A stretch of DNA of 64,000 nucleotides from Neoechinorhynchus agilis (taxonomy: Eukaryota; Animalia; Acanthocephala): positions 15,949,480-16,013,479 of the forward strand of contig CM121342.1 in NCBI GenBank assembly GCA_051530055.1. The letters are read 5' to 3'. The position numbers and the translations under genes were made by a program. Positions within the stretch are counted from its first letter, which is position 1. Every line of letters begins with the position of its first letter. Below, in pieces: positions 47,785 through 60,489 of this stretch. Below the pieces are notes generated by a model that saw nothing but the letters and a program-made list of their open reading frames with translations, searched no databases and was not told where the DNA came from.

Positions 47785-50070
47785 TTCTTCTAAAATGAAA
47801 GGCGGAGCGATAGCGAGTATAGCCATCAATCACATCAACGTACATGCTAGAACATCTCCCGTATAGGAGGCGAAAGCAAGTATTTTCATAATACAAAATG
47901 GTGGAAGGAGCGAAAATCGGCTCAACGAACAAATGAGTATACACGAGTAAAGGGAAAAATTAAGCATTTAATCGATATTTTTATCAATACTATACAATCC
48001 AGATATTGCATCAGTCCGCTTTGTGTGCGGTTTCTTTGAGCTGTAACTTCTTAAAGAGAGACAATTCATTTGGTCCATTTCACTTTGCTTTTCCATTGAC
48101 GAGTGCTCACCCGATTGACTGCAGTAGCTTTGCCTTTGATGGTCTTGATCATAATGCTCCCCATAATTATCCATGTTCGTCTGCTTAAAACCACGAGATT
48201 GAGATCAAGTTTCTTTGTACGAAATGAAAATGGTACTTTAAATATGACCTTTCGGGTCTCACTGCGCGTTTTATGAGTCACCCGCATAATAAGAAAGTCT
48301 TGCGTGTGGACTAAGAGACGGCAATAGTGATTGTGCCAGCTTTTCCGCAAATCGACCATTATGCAAATAGTACACTAGCGTTGTTTTTAGCGATCCAGAA
48401 ATGGCTGGAGCGCGCGGTAACATAACAAGTTGTGATGCTGCAATAAATCGCTTTAAGATATGGTTACAAACAAAGATTTTAAAGAATAATGCTTAAAGAA
48501 TTTTGATAAAAATTGCCAGTAACCTATGTGAGATGCGCATAATGTATGACCGTTGAAAGGTTCTAATCAGTTTCGACATATTATAATTTAATAATTAGTC
48601 GAGACTACCCGAAGGTTAGAGGTTTCCGATAAATTACGACATACTCACGAGCTAAAGCGAAAATGTGCTATAATTCTTAAATATAATTTTTTTACATAAT
48701 CAGTATTTTGGCACTAGACAAAGTTTTTAGGCTACAGATTCGTTCAAAGCAATTGAAGTTTGCTGATGGGGAGCAGTTACGGCACTAGTAGAATTATTTT
48801 GGTCAAGGTGAAATGAAGAGAGGTAATTTAATTAATATCTCGTCCTCTACGTGGAAAACATCTTTATAATTAGCAGCTCTAAAAATCAGTGCTTTTAAAA
48901 AGTAACTTTTTGGCCCAGGAAATTCAGGTTTATGATTTTAAATGTACAAGGATAGAGTTATTGGCGTAGTGGGTTCATAGTCACACCATTTTTACTTTTC
49001 TTAGAAATAAAAGTTCACTATCTCAGTCCAAGTAGAAAATAGTTAATAATGTTGTTTTACAGAGAGATCGACCACGACACCAATGAGGGTAGAACTGTTC
49101 AAGGATTCAGTACAAGACAGAATTTCATATAAATGTGAGAATCCGTATGAGCCGGGTGACTAAATAGATGCCGCAACACTCTATCGTACTACTTTTGGGT
49201 GCTAATGGATGAATTCAGTGAGTATTCATGCAAAATATTTTCGTAGGCAATCACTGTTAAAGATAGTCTATGGGTCAAAACAAAACCTTAGTGAGTGTTG
49301 CGACGGGGAATACCATATAGCTTTTTCCTAGGTCGACTTGGCACAAGAAATGATGGTATTTAACGTCCTAGAATCCTTGACATAAGAAAGTCTTCGTCTT
49401 TTTCAATAAGCTTATCTGAATTCATGCATTTAGACCGTTTTTGTCACATGAGTTCTAAATCGATAGCATTTAAAGGAACGTTTCATTTGTTAGTCTGAAA
49501 CGATTAACTTCAGACATTTTTTGCACGGCGTAAAATGAGGAACTGCGTAAGAAGAGTGCAAAACACTACTACAATTTAAAATCGAATAAATTTTCCAACA
49601 TTTATGCGGAACTGAAGAAAGATTGCTAAAATTAATAGCTTGACTCGCAGTGTTTACTAATTGGTTTTGCTGGATGCTAAAGAAATAATCAAGGCTACCG
49701 ATTCCCCATCATCCGTCAAAAGTGCTAAGAAAACAAAGAGTTTAAATTCTAATCCCATGGTATTTCATTTTATGCCCAAAGTTCTTTTCCAATTGAATTG
49801 GCATGAGTAACCTTATAGGCATATTTATGCGGCATCTCTAAAGCGCAATTCAGTTGCATATCGAAAAATAATGGCTTATAGATAAGCTAAACGTGATTTA
49901 ATGGCAATGCCGAGAGAATTTTTGTGCATTTATAGAAATAGTCTTAATCTGAAGCATATTTGGAGTCTTTAAGTAGTGAAAATACAAGGGCAATAGTTTA
50001 GAAAGTCTTTAGGTAATAGAAATATAAAGGCAATGTTATAATCACGTAAGATTATTTCTGAGTTGGCATC

Positions 50071-53000
50071 TTATAGTTTCATTTCATCAATGGAAGTAGA
50101 TAACAATTTGCGTAGATCTCCAGCGAATGCAAATAATCGCTCATCGTTCTGTGGTTAAAAGCGGCGTTATTAAGAAGCAATTAATTTTATCACATACCTT
50201 TCGTCCGATTGAATTGCCCATATCCGAATCTTTTGAATGAAAATCAGAACTCTTGACAAGACTATAATGCGGTCCTGTTAAAATCGGTGCTGAACAGTCA
50301 TATTAATGAATAAAAGCCTACCGTAGACGGTATTAAGACATTCTTCATACAAATAGATAGAAAGAACAACATCAGATTCTTGAACAATATCTTCTAAATT
50401 GAACTTCGCTATTGCTTTTGACATGTCCGTTCTATTTAGAGCAGTAAGTTTCATTGATAGTAGACAATAAAGACAAACATGACAGCTAAATGTTTTCTAG
50501 TGATTATAAAACCTTGAGATGAGCTGCGCTTCATAACAAAATATTGCATCAGGAACTGCTCGCAGCTTTCCGAAAGTGCAATTTCCCTCAATCGGACGAA
50601 TCGTATAAACTAAATGCACATTGAGAGAATGCTAAAATTTTGATTGAGAGGGTACAGATCTGAGGTCATCAAGTGTATATATCGACTCAGAGTCTTGAAC
50701 AATGGATCCGGTCGTAAATTGGATAATTTGGTGGTCTAAAATTAGGATAAGTGAAGTTACAGTTTAGAATAATGTATTACCCGTATAGGAGTTGAACTCA
50801 TAGCTCGCAATATGGACGGGAAAAAGCAATCTACTCATACGAACATCATAGCTGTGCTTTTAATATCGCTCGAAAAAAAGTGCGCACTTGCAAACGAGTT
50901 CTCGTATTTGGCGTTTTTCGCTAGAGAATAAATTATATGGTATAAACCTGCATTTTAATTTTACGCTTATCTCGCAGATAGAATCGTTTCAAGCGCAGGC
51001 TTTAATCTTAAAAATATCTTTTGCTGACCTTTGAACACGCTCAACGAAGACATTGGTTGCTTTGTCCCTTCCGCCATGTGAGGCGAAATGATGAATGTCG
51101 TCCTCGGAAACGTACGTCCATACTGCAGAATTCAGTTTAAGTTCAACTGGTTCGCTTTTCATGTATAGAAATGAAGGGCGGCATTTGAACGATCCTGTTT
51201 CCACAACTAAAGGAAGTAATTACTACGGATAAAGTTTTTATGATAATTTGATCGAAGAACAGATTATTTATACAGTGTTTAAAAATTACTTGTAATGAAC
51301 GGTTGCTTTGAGGCCCTTGTAGGCCATTTTCGAAAACTGAGCGAACTATAAATAGTCTATTTGCATCGCAAACCCATCAAAAACCACAAATATCTCAGCT
51401 TGATTATACACAATGAAGTTTTTATCTACTTACGATTAACGAGATCCTCAGGCTTTTTGTGCTCCAGTAATGATCCACAATAACAAACTCTCTGAGTCGA
51501 TGTAAATAGTGGACCTCCTTTTAAATTCGCAATTTAAAGACCACCGAAAAAAGGTTTTTGTACCTTACCGATTATGTATTCCAAATGAGTGTGGTACATT
51601 GTCGGATCCGCGATATTTGGATCTTCGTAAATAACATTGAGAGCCGATCGCATTACTCTATCAATTATTCCTAACCGTTTCTCTATTTTCTTTCAATTAG
51701 AGAATCGGCTAGTGCTAAGAGGCCAGGCCCAAATGCGACAACATGTATGGGTGAGTCTGACACTAGACTCAAAAGCAGAACTAATTTCAACTTAAGGAAA
51801 GATCCAAACGGAGTTACGTCGCCTTTTCAAACAATGTTTTTTCGTAGCATTAGGTTATTGAACAAACCTGCAAGTACGAACGCCATGCTGAAGAGAAAAC
51901 TGAATGGAGACGACGACCGTCGGCTTTTCCAAACAAGTTCAATCGACGATGGAATCGTGTACAGGATGCTGGGTTGAACCGGTAACACAGAAATCAACTA
52001 AATAGGTCAGTTCAGCTAAAGAATAACGGATAAGCACAGCGTGTGATTGCGGTGACTAGGAAATCCCCGTGTGTCAATACCGGGCAAAAATCACAATTTT
52101 AAGTTGACATAATCAACTATATTAATTTGGCTTACATCAGCGCGAATACTGTTTTTATAAATGTAAGGCAACATTACAAAACGAGCATTGAGTCCAATTC
52201 GAATCTCCTCTGTCAACTCGTCTGTGGTCACTTAAATGAATATTTATAGAAATGGAAATGAGAAACCTCGCACGATTATAATAATATTTCGCTGAATAGT
52301 CCTAGCGTTTGTCTTCTCGGTGCTGTTGATTAGAACCATGCATTTTATGTATTCTAAGAACAGTAGTGATCACTTGTAGTTTAGTAAACAATATCAACTT
52401 GCTTGAAGTATATCGCTTATTAACGTCTTCTTTAAAATTTGATCTTTTTCCACAGTTTCGACATATAAGCCTGTTTAGGGAAGATCAAAATTGTTTTGTA
52501 AACTAAGATGCGTACATTTTGAAAGGCGACGGTTTGTCGAAGTAATCCCCAGCGAAGTATGGAAATCGAATCAAACAATTTGTTGGAGGATTTCCATGAT
52601 CTTCTACACATTTTAAGCATACGTACGCCTTAGACGCTCTTTGTAGATACCAATCAATTCTAGATGGTGTTTATAATATTCGCGTTCTACTCACATATAA
52701 TCCACATGTTGAGGTCTAAATCCAACTATGGTTCCCTCAATACATACGATTTTATCGATCAAATTCAAATAACTGATTGATTGAACATTTTTCACGAAAA
52801 AACTTGCGCGAACTGTGAGCGAATTTTTTTTAATAAACGACTTGCCTTTCGAACGGTGGGAAATCTCTGAAGCGAATGTCCACTAAAGCCAATGTTGGAT
52901 ATTGCGAGAAGTAAAGATCCCGACAAATCTTTTTTAAATCGACTAAATTATTAGTGTACCTGAAAATGCTAACCTCGAAAAGTCGCCCTACTAGAGTTCT

Positions 53001-53261
53001 AGGTTCGTTCAAAAGTTCCATCAACAAGTTCGCTGAATTATAAATGGCAAAAAGCGTTGCTTTAGTTTGAAAAACGAACTAACGGAATTTATCAGCGCAA
53101 ATATCGCATAAAATCGGAATGATTAGCCTTTGCTGCGTTGGAGTGGCCACAAATGTTGCATGTTCTGATGCCGGCAAATGTTCTTGAATCATTCGCTTAA
53201 TCGCTCCATCGGTTATTGTATCAATCATAGCTAAATACTGATGAATCTCAGAATTCAGCAT
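50071..53261 (-). CDS. MCMDC2: MCMDC2-like (MCM-domain, meiotic recombination) multi-exon gene; internal exon boundaries approximate
   Basis: Exons in order: LMELLNEP…LF…IRFRDFPP (MCM N-terminus), CLKC…CRNCGKRSNFKED (zinc finger), VETGSF…SAVWTYV, LSESCEQFLMQYFV, and KAIAKFNL…ESDVVLSIYLYEECLNTVYG (cf. MCMDC2 EDVLIAALLFETSLTLKYG). No Walker A motif seen. Confidence 0.6.
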
Positions 53262-55276
53262 CTAAAAGAGAGTACGAAATTCATCCTTTATCAACAAAAA
53301 ATCCAACTGGTTTTTTATACGAAAAGCATTACTTGGTAGTATTTTAGTGCCAATGGACGAAAGCCAATCACTTTGGGTGACGGATATCAGGAAAATATTC
53401 ATTATCTATCACATTTATTTAATGCAACGACGCAAAACTGTGGAGCGTCAAAATATGGCATTTGAAGTTGATTCAAAGGATTAACACTCATAGACGTGTG
53501 TATCCCTTAAAAAAAATACAAAAGTTTCTACAATATTCAAAACCAATATTGCATCTCTATGGATCGCAAAAAAGTTGAGCACTATTGGTCAAAAATACAA
53601 GTTCGTGAAAAGACCGAAAGCTCACATGACATAAAATGTCACGATTTCTCCATTAGTACATCGAAACGGATCAGAAGCGCAATGGACACCGCTTTTTCGC
53701 ACGTAGCGATATGGTAACATTATTTCTCGTATTTGCATGGAAAGAGAACATCAAAATAGGAATTCTGCAGGTTATACTTTGACCGAGCGATTATGGTTTC
53801 AAAGACACAATCCACGAACATATAAAAACAATTGAAGTTATGGTGATTTATCACAATACCGAATAAAACATATTTTATTGAACTGAAGTACTTAGCGAGG
53901 AAACCTCCCCTTATCAGTCATTGTTTGTAAGCTATTTACTGCGTGAGTTTCGTAATTCAATAAAATATTTTTATCCGGGATTATGGCCACCTAAACTCCT
54001 ACTGTATAACCCTGAAGGATTTCCTCTCGTGATATGAAAACAAGATTGAAGCGAAAAGAACGAATGTCGATGAAAAATGAAGCGTTCTTGAACCGGGCTT
54101 AATTATGAACGCCATTCGTAATCGTTTCCTTTGACTTTAAATTTCAAAACTAACCTTGTAACTTTCAATAGATAAAATCCAATTTTGCGGACGGTGGTGA
54201 TTGCACGTTTTGTACTTTAACAAATAAAATTTAATGAGATAAAAAGATATTGGAACTTCTATTGCTTCTATACGCAGCGAAATATAAAGGCGGAAAACTG
54301 GGATTAATACCTTGATCGGAGACAGAAGCAAAAATTGCGCTGAAGAGCGACGGCTTCGAAAATTTCCGAATTTCATATCCAACAGTTGATTGATGTGTAT
54401 GGAAACTATATTTAGTCGAAACTACAAATATTATAGAAAAAATTACAAATTGAAATAACAACGATTAATAGGAGAATATTTAGGAAACGTTCAGCGAGTT
54501 TAAGCACGATAAGAACACGAACATATTCACAACAAACCCCTCTGTTTATCACAAAACAAAGTTTTATCTCTAGAAAACAAGAAAAGCCTATTTCATAAAA
54601 CAAATTAGCAAATCACATTCTAAAGACAGAATCTGTGATTCTTTAAACAAAATTGAAATACCGTGAACCTTTAGCGAAGAAAATTATGGTAAATTCTTGA
54701 TCAAACTTTATTGTTGCAACCTTTTAAATAAGTCAATCATCCAATGACAAACGAGTGCCAACTTGAATCAAAGACAACCGATCGTCATGAATACTTTTAA
54801 ACTAACTTCTATGTACTACTTACGAAAAACTATTTTTCAAATAAACGCCACACAGCAGCTGCATTCGATGCCATTAGCGTAAATTTCAGTGCTGGTGCCA
54901 TTGCCATTAAAATCGTTCATTTTAGAGAGAATCTATACAGTAATCATTTCTTTATAAAACCCCGATCGTTGTAGGTTACCACAAAATTAAGAACTCGGCT
55001 TTTGATTTGTGTAAATAGACGTTTAGGTGCAAATGCAACCGTTTGCTTTGTGCTCCTATCGACGGATTACAAGTCTTTTGCTTTTAAAGCTCGTTAAAGT
55101 TTCAATATAAAAACTCAAGCATCTCGTTGTTTTTTACACATCGTTTGTTGAAACGCGTTCATTCCTCAAAATATAACTACCTATAGGTAATAGTGACTCA
55201 GTCGATTCCTTTACAGGCTACGCTCACTGTAAAATGTGATCTGTTTAATTTTCTCTGACTTAAAGAACCATTTGAG

Positions 55277-55879
55277 ATGAGACACCTTTTCAAGGTAACC
55301 GACATTCCTCTAAGAATGATAAAGAAAAGACGAAACGTGGATAGGTTCGAAATGTCCGATCTAGAAGGATACACGCTCGACTCGTTCAAATATATTGAGC
55401 CCGATCACTGGTCGATGGTTCACATGTGCCAGGAAGCTGAAATAAGTCGAGAATCTACAATTTACGGTCACATGAAGTCCACGCCTTACAAGTGGGAATA
55501 TCGACCAAAGAAAAGACGAAAATACTCAGGTGGAAGTTTATTACCGTCGACAATAATTGAACATCCATTGGTGTTTTTTCCGCTGGCCGAAAGTACTAGA
55601 ATTGAAGCAGAACCGAAAACTCCGGAATTGCATACAATATTTCCACGGCACATATCCCATACAGGTCACGAACTCTATGACATAAGAGAAGAACAATACA
55701 ATAAATTCATGAGAGGTGAAATTTCCAAACTTAATAGTCAATTGATAAATTCTAAATATAATCTGACTATAAATCGTTCAAGTACAAGGAAACGCTGTTC
55801 ACGCGATATGCATGAAGACAGATCAAGCAAACGAAGATCAAGAGGGAAAAACAAGAAAGTTTTAATTTCTATGATCTAA
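55277..55879 (+). CDS. Orphan 200-aa basic, probably nuclear protein
   Basis: Intronless ORF with NLS-like RPKKRRK and KRRSRGKNKK; ATG directly after TTTGAG. Confidence 0.45.
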   Translation: MRHLFKVTDIPLRMIKKRRNVDRFEMSDLEGYTLDSFKYIEPDHWSMVHMCQEAEISRESTIYGHMKSTPYKWEYRPKKRRKYSGGSLLPSTIIEHPLVFFPLAESTRIEAEPKTPELHTIFPRHISHTGHELYDIREEQYNKFMRGEISKLNSQLINSKYNLTINRSSTRKRCSRDMHEDRSSKRRSRGKNKKVLISMI

Positions 55880-56504
55880 TTTTTCCAGTTCCTTCAATCC
55901 ACCCTTTCAATCACTGAAAAAGTTAAAGGTTTCGTTTGATGCTGATAGTGAACACAAATTGGTTTGGGCAAATCCCAAATAATATTAAGAAATACCCTCA
56001 ATTTTTACCTTAAATACAAGTAGAATACTAAGACAAGAAATCTAAACGAATCATCGCTATAACTGGTATAGTTTTAAACCCTGACCTACAAGTACAAATT
56101 TCAGTTGCTGGTAAAAACCTTGATCTATGTTTATGAAATGAATTTCATTAAAAATGTATAACGCGCTGAACCAAGAAGGACCAGAAATGCCCAATAGAAA
56201 TTTAGTATAATTAACAAATTAATTAAACGCATAAGATCAATTTTATCAAAAGAAGCATATCAAATAAAGGTGCCGATTAGTATACAAGTAGTAACCTTCG
56301 AAACCCTCCATTGGAGCAACAAACTTACTGCTTGGAAGAATGAAACGGGCAACAGTTCAAAAAATCGGTAAAGGCAGTAAAACTGAAATGCAGAGAAAAG
56401 AGGATGAAGTAGAGATTTAAAAAAAAGAGATTGATTGAAAAATATTGGAAGGAAAAGAGAGTAAAAATTTTCTAGGGTTTCAAATCAGACGAGAGTAAAG
56501 CCCT

Positions 56505-57150
56505 TTTTAGAGTTTGAAGATTTTTTGGGATAGGTTGAAAAATCTACGAAGAAAATGAGAGCAACGATTTTGTTTGGTTGAAAGGTGGACGGGAGTAAAT
56601 TAGGTTTGAAAGTTTTAACATTTTTTTGGAATGGATCGAAAAATATTGCAAAAAAAACTGTCGAACTTTAAGGGGACTTGAAGATGGACGTGAGTAATGC
56701 AGGTTTGAGCATTTAAAGATTTTTTTCGGAAATATTGAAAATATTGAAAATATTGCAAGCAAAAACAGTCGCAATTTCTAGGGATTTAATGGTGGACGAA
56801 AATAAATCAGATTCTGAGGTTTCACCAATTTTTGGGAAGGATTGAAAAACATTTGAGAAAAAAGTCGCAATTTTAATAGGTTAAAAACGCGGGCGAGTGT
56901 AAAGCAGGTTTTAATAATTTTTGGACTAGATTTAAAATATAGCAATTAAAGAAACCAATAATTTCAAGGGATTTTAATGGTGACGAGGTTAAAGAAAGGT
57001 TGAAGAATTTTTTGGGATCGATTGAAAATATTACAAGGAGAAGCAAGTAGCAATTTCGAAGGATTTATAGGTGGACGCGAAGAATTTTTTGGGAATGATT
57101 GAAAAATATTTAAAAAGCACAGAATTTTCGAAGAGTTGATAGATAGACTA
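56505..57150. repeat. Degenerate ~100-bp tandem repeat, about 6 units
   Basis: ggtggacg-like anchors near 56584, 56684, 56791, 56889, 56979 and 57070, each unit containing tttttggga…ttgaaaaatatt. Confidence 0.6.
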
Positions 57151-57669
57151 GAGAAAAACGCTCCATGACTATGAATAACGAGGGAATATTTTATAAAATC
57201 CAAAAATGGGCATATATCACCGGAAAAATGGGAAAGCTCCATAATTAAGGGGAAGATTGAATTGATGCCAAGAGATGTCCATCAACTCGAGATACTTTAT
57301 TGATTTCAAACGAGCAGAAGAAGTGAGGTTGTGCTTATACTTTGTTGTCCATCCCGATTCCATGCGCCTGAAAGAAATACGGACTGAAGTTTGTGAGATT
57401 TGAAATCGGGAAGCGGAATGATTGGTTGCACTGGTCGTCGCATTCCCTCATTCTGTTGCTGTGAAATGCCGTTCCTATTAATTATATGATTTCTATGATA
57501 AGTCGTCCTATTTGAAAGGACTTAAACCGAGTCAGTTCTTGAAATTATAAATGACGCACAAAATCCTAAATTCGGTTCAGTTTCAATTTTATGGAATTTA
57601 ATTGCAGTGAATAAATGATTTGCTGTTTTGATAAATCTCAACCGTACCGTCAATTATTAAAAATTTTAG

Positions 57670-58686
57670 ATGTCCAATCAAACTTTTCGTCGCAATCCAA
57701 ACGATCAATATATTTCATTTTCGTTGTGTTGTATTCCTTTGAATTTGATGACCGCATTGACTGATCAAACTACAAAAGGACTCTATATCTTTTGGATTAG
57801 TTCTAATGAAGGATTGTTTGCCGTTGATAAAAAGGACAAAAGTCGATCGTTCTTCATGTTTAATGCGTCTACACCACCAAAGCATTTTTCTTTGATTAAA
57901 CTTGGAGTTAATTCCAGTATCTCAGTCGAGCATTCCATTTGTTCAGAGATGGTGGTCAATCCGGGATTACCGGGTAATATTAGAAAACTTGCAAGGACAA
58001 AAACGGAAATAATAAAACGTTTTGTGCACCTTCTTGCCCTCGGCTTATCGGATGAAGAAACTATAGTTTTTCGAGCAGGACGAGTTGCCAAAAGACACAA
58101 ATCCTCACTTCCCAAGATACTTGAGGGCGTTTCTGTAAAGAAAGAAGGAAAGTGCTTTCTTAAGAAGGAATATTATTCTAGGATTGATTTAAATTGGGAA
58201 GGATATGGACAATTTGAAAGAGAGAAACTTCGAGTGGTTTTAAGTCGAAGATGTCAAATATGTTCAAATCAGACTATTGATTACGACCCTGCCGTCGATA
58301 GATTTGTTAAATTTCTCAATCGAAAACAACTATCAGCCGGGTCAATGTGCGCCCAAGATGAATTCAGTTTGGACCAGGGAAGAAAAAAGTGGCTAAATAC
58401 TGAACGAACCATTGATTGGGAATTGTTATTTACACGGCTTAAGCTAATAAACGATACCAACCTTACTGCTTTTGTTATCGAGTACAAAGACCTCTATGAA
58501 TATGTTAGGAAAGTCCAGGAAGAGTTTTTGGATCTAAAATTGTTATTACAATGTGAAGAGTTGGATCGCCGCGAGTCAATAGTGAAACGAATATCGAAAA
58601 GGTATCAAGAAATCAAGCATAATTTTCTGGGGAAAAAGAACAGGCTGGAACAGTTACAAGCATTATTTGACAAAGGAATGCTTTAA
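57670..58686 (+). CDS. ELL: RNA polymerase II elongation factor ELL (intronless, compact 338 aa)
   Basis: IKRFVHLLAL…KSSLPKILEGV…LKKEYYSRIDLNWEGYGQFEREKL matches the ELL winged-helix region, and the C-terminal occludin/ELL domain reads EYKDLYEYV…YQEIK…KKNRLEQL. Confidence 0.85.
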   Translation: MSNQTFRRNPNDQYISFSLCCIPLNLMTALTDQTTKGLYIFWISSNEGLFAVDKKDKSRSFFMFNASTPPKHFSLIKLGVNSSISVEHSICSEMVVNPGLPGNIRKLARTKTEIIKRFVHLLALGLSDEETIVFRAGRVAKRHKSSLPKILEGVSVKKEGKCFLKKEYYSRIDLNWEGYGQFEREKLRVVLSRRCQICSNQTIDYDPAVDRFVKFLNRKQLSAGSMCAQDEFSLDQGRKKWLNTERTIDWELLFTRLKLINDTNLTAFVIEYKDLYEYVRKVQEEFLDLKLLLQCEELDRRESIVKRISKRYQEIKHNFLGKKNRLEQLQALFDKGML

Positions 58687-58858
58687 TTCAAAATCGATGT
58701 TTTTTCGCTTTTTCCATTGGTCTATCAGGTAAAGGTAGGAGTATAGAATCGCTGTTTCCATTAAGTACAATTTTGCATTTTGATAACAAAAGAAATAGTA
58801 TTTTTTAAGGAATCTAATATTAAGAAGTGTTGTAAAGAAATTATTCATTATAGTTTCA

Positions 58859-58985
58859 GTTTCAATTAGCGATGTTTGATTCAGCAAAAATAGATTTATC
58901 TTGAAAATTTTCGGCCTTTTCGTTGTCCGCCGAAAATTTTCAAGATAAATCTATTTTTTCTGAATCAAACATCGCTAATTGAAAC
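58859..58985. repeat. Near-perfect hairpin: 57-bp arms with one mismatch and a 13-nt loop
   Basis: 58859-58915 is the reverse complement of 58929-58985. Confidence 0.95.
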
Positions 58986-59517
58986 ATTAAGAAGTGGGTT
59001 TTAAATATTGAAATGATTAATGCGGTTCTAGAATGGTTAAAGAACAAATGGTATTAAAGTGAATGCAAAATACAGTCTGTTAAGATTCAAAAGGAAGTGA
59101 AGAATCTTTCTATAAAGTTGCCCCTTTCGCGGACCTGCGATTGCTTGGAAGATTACAGTTTGTTTTTCTCGATTAAGAACCCCCCTGTATTTGTTTCGCT
59201 GATTACTTCATTATATCTAGAGATGCACTGAGCAGATTGAACCACAGGAAAGAATGAAGATCGTTGCAGTTTTGGAATTAAATGGGTACAATAGCTACCA
59301 ATCCCAGATTAGCGTCTTGTGAGCTTAGAATTCTTGTTTTTCTTTAACCAGCGTAATAATCCACAATGCTTTTTAAAAGTATGCTTTCTTGAATATGTCA
59401 ATTTCAGTAGCGGATCCTTGTGCGACTGCAAACCTGTCACTGTTCTCCCTTGGTTATAAAAAGAAAGAAGTTATACTTTTTTATTAACTTTACGTATCAA
59501 AAATCACGATACTACAG

Positions 59518-60159
59518 ATGATATCGACATTTGAACTGGTCAAGATTGAAGGTCGGCAGAGATTTGCGGTTATTGAGGACGACGAAGATGTCCAGTCACA
59601 GGACGACTCAATACGATCTAAAGCCATCTCTCTTCGCATTCCAGGTTCTTTTGTTAACAACACGAATCCTCCTAAAGACGAAATTTTCAACGCCGGCGAT
59701 TTGGCAGACTTCGACGGCATTGATGTTTATAGCGAAGCTGAAGAAGATCTAGCATGCGTGTCGCCAACAGAATGCAGCGACTCTGAGCCAAATACCTTGA
59801 TCATTGAGGTTGAACAGGCATCCAACCTGGATTTAATTGTTACAACGAGCAGGCTTAAAGAAACCGAATCCGTTATGGGGAGTAACAAACTTAAATCACG
59901 GCGTACTACGGGAATCGTTGCATCACTTTTTGGCATCGCAACTTCGCTTGCTTTAAGAGACTATCGGACATATGGAGATACTAACGAGATGACTGGTAGT
60001 CTCTACTTATTCGGCTATCTAATAGCTTATACAATAATCAAGTTATACCTAAATCCCTCTTGGGATACGTGGTTTAAGTTATATAAATACCATTTTGCTC
60101 TCACGAAACTCTGTTTGGTTATGATTTCATTGTTGACAATCACCCCGCTTTCAATATAA
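59518..60159 (+). CDS. Orphan membrane protein (acidic N-terminus, 2-3 C-terminal hydrophobic helices); may splice to 60228-60470
   Basis: 213-aa ORF with ATG directly after CTACAG; hydrophobic IVASLFGIATSLAL and LYLFGYLIAYTIIKLYL. Confidence 0.5.
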   Translation: MISTFELVKIEGRQRFAVIEDDEDVQSQDDSIRSKAISLRIPGSFVNNTNPPKDEIFNAGDLADFDGIDVYSEAEEDLACVSPTECSDSEPNTLIIEVEQASNLDLIVTTSRLKETESVMGSNKLKSRRTTGIVASLFGIATSLALRDYRTYGDTNEMTGSLYLFGYLIAYTIIKLYLNPSWDTWFKLYKYHFALTKLCLVMISLLTITPLSI

Positions 60160-60489
60160 AAAAGACGCAGAAATGTTTGTCTCGGGTCCAATAAAAGCAA
60201 CTTCTGTGTCCTAAAAATGAAAGCAGAGTGCGAAATATTTTATTATTTGCTCTAATTACTACAAACCAATTCGCATGGATGTGTGAAAATGATACTGCAA
60301 AGAAAATAATTCCTGGTTCGGATAAAATGAGTGCCTGCTTGAATATAACGAGGCTGATAATTATAACTAGCTTCATTCTATGGCAAATCAGAAGTATCAA
60401 AAAAAATCAATTCGTATCGAGGTCAAAAATCAATGCTGCGGATTCTGATCTTGGTGTTATTTTAAAGTGACGATAAAATTCCTTTTGGA

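Noticed and set aside
47968-48359. Overlapping minus-strand ORFs upstream of the Nudix gene
   Set aside because: No recognisable motifs and no clear exon structure.
51747-51977. Plus-strand 76-aa ORF inside the MCMDC2-like locus
   Set aside because: Short, without motifs, and antisense to a better-supported gene.
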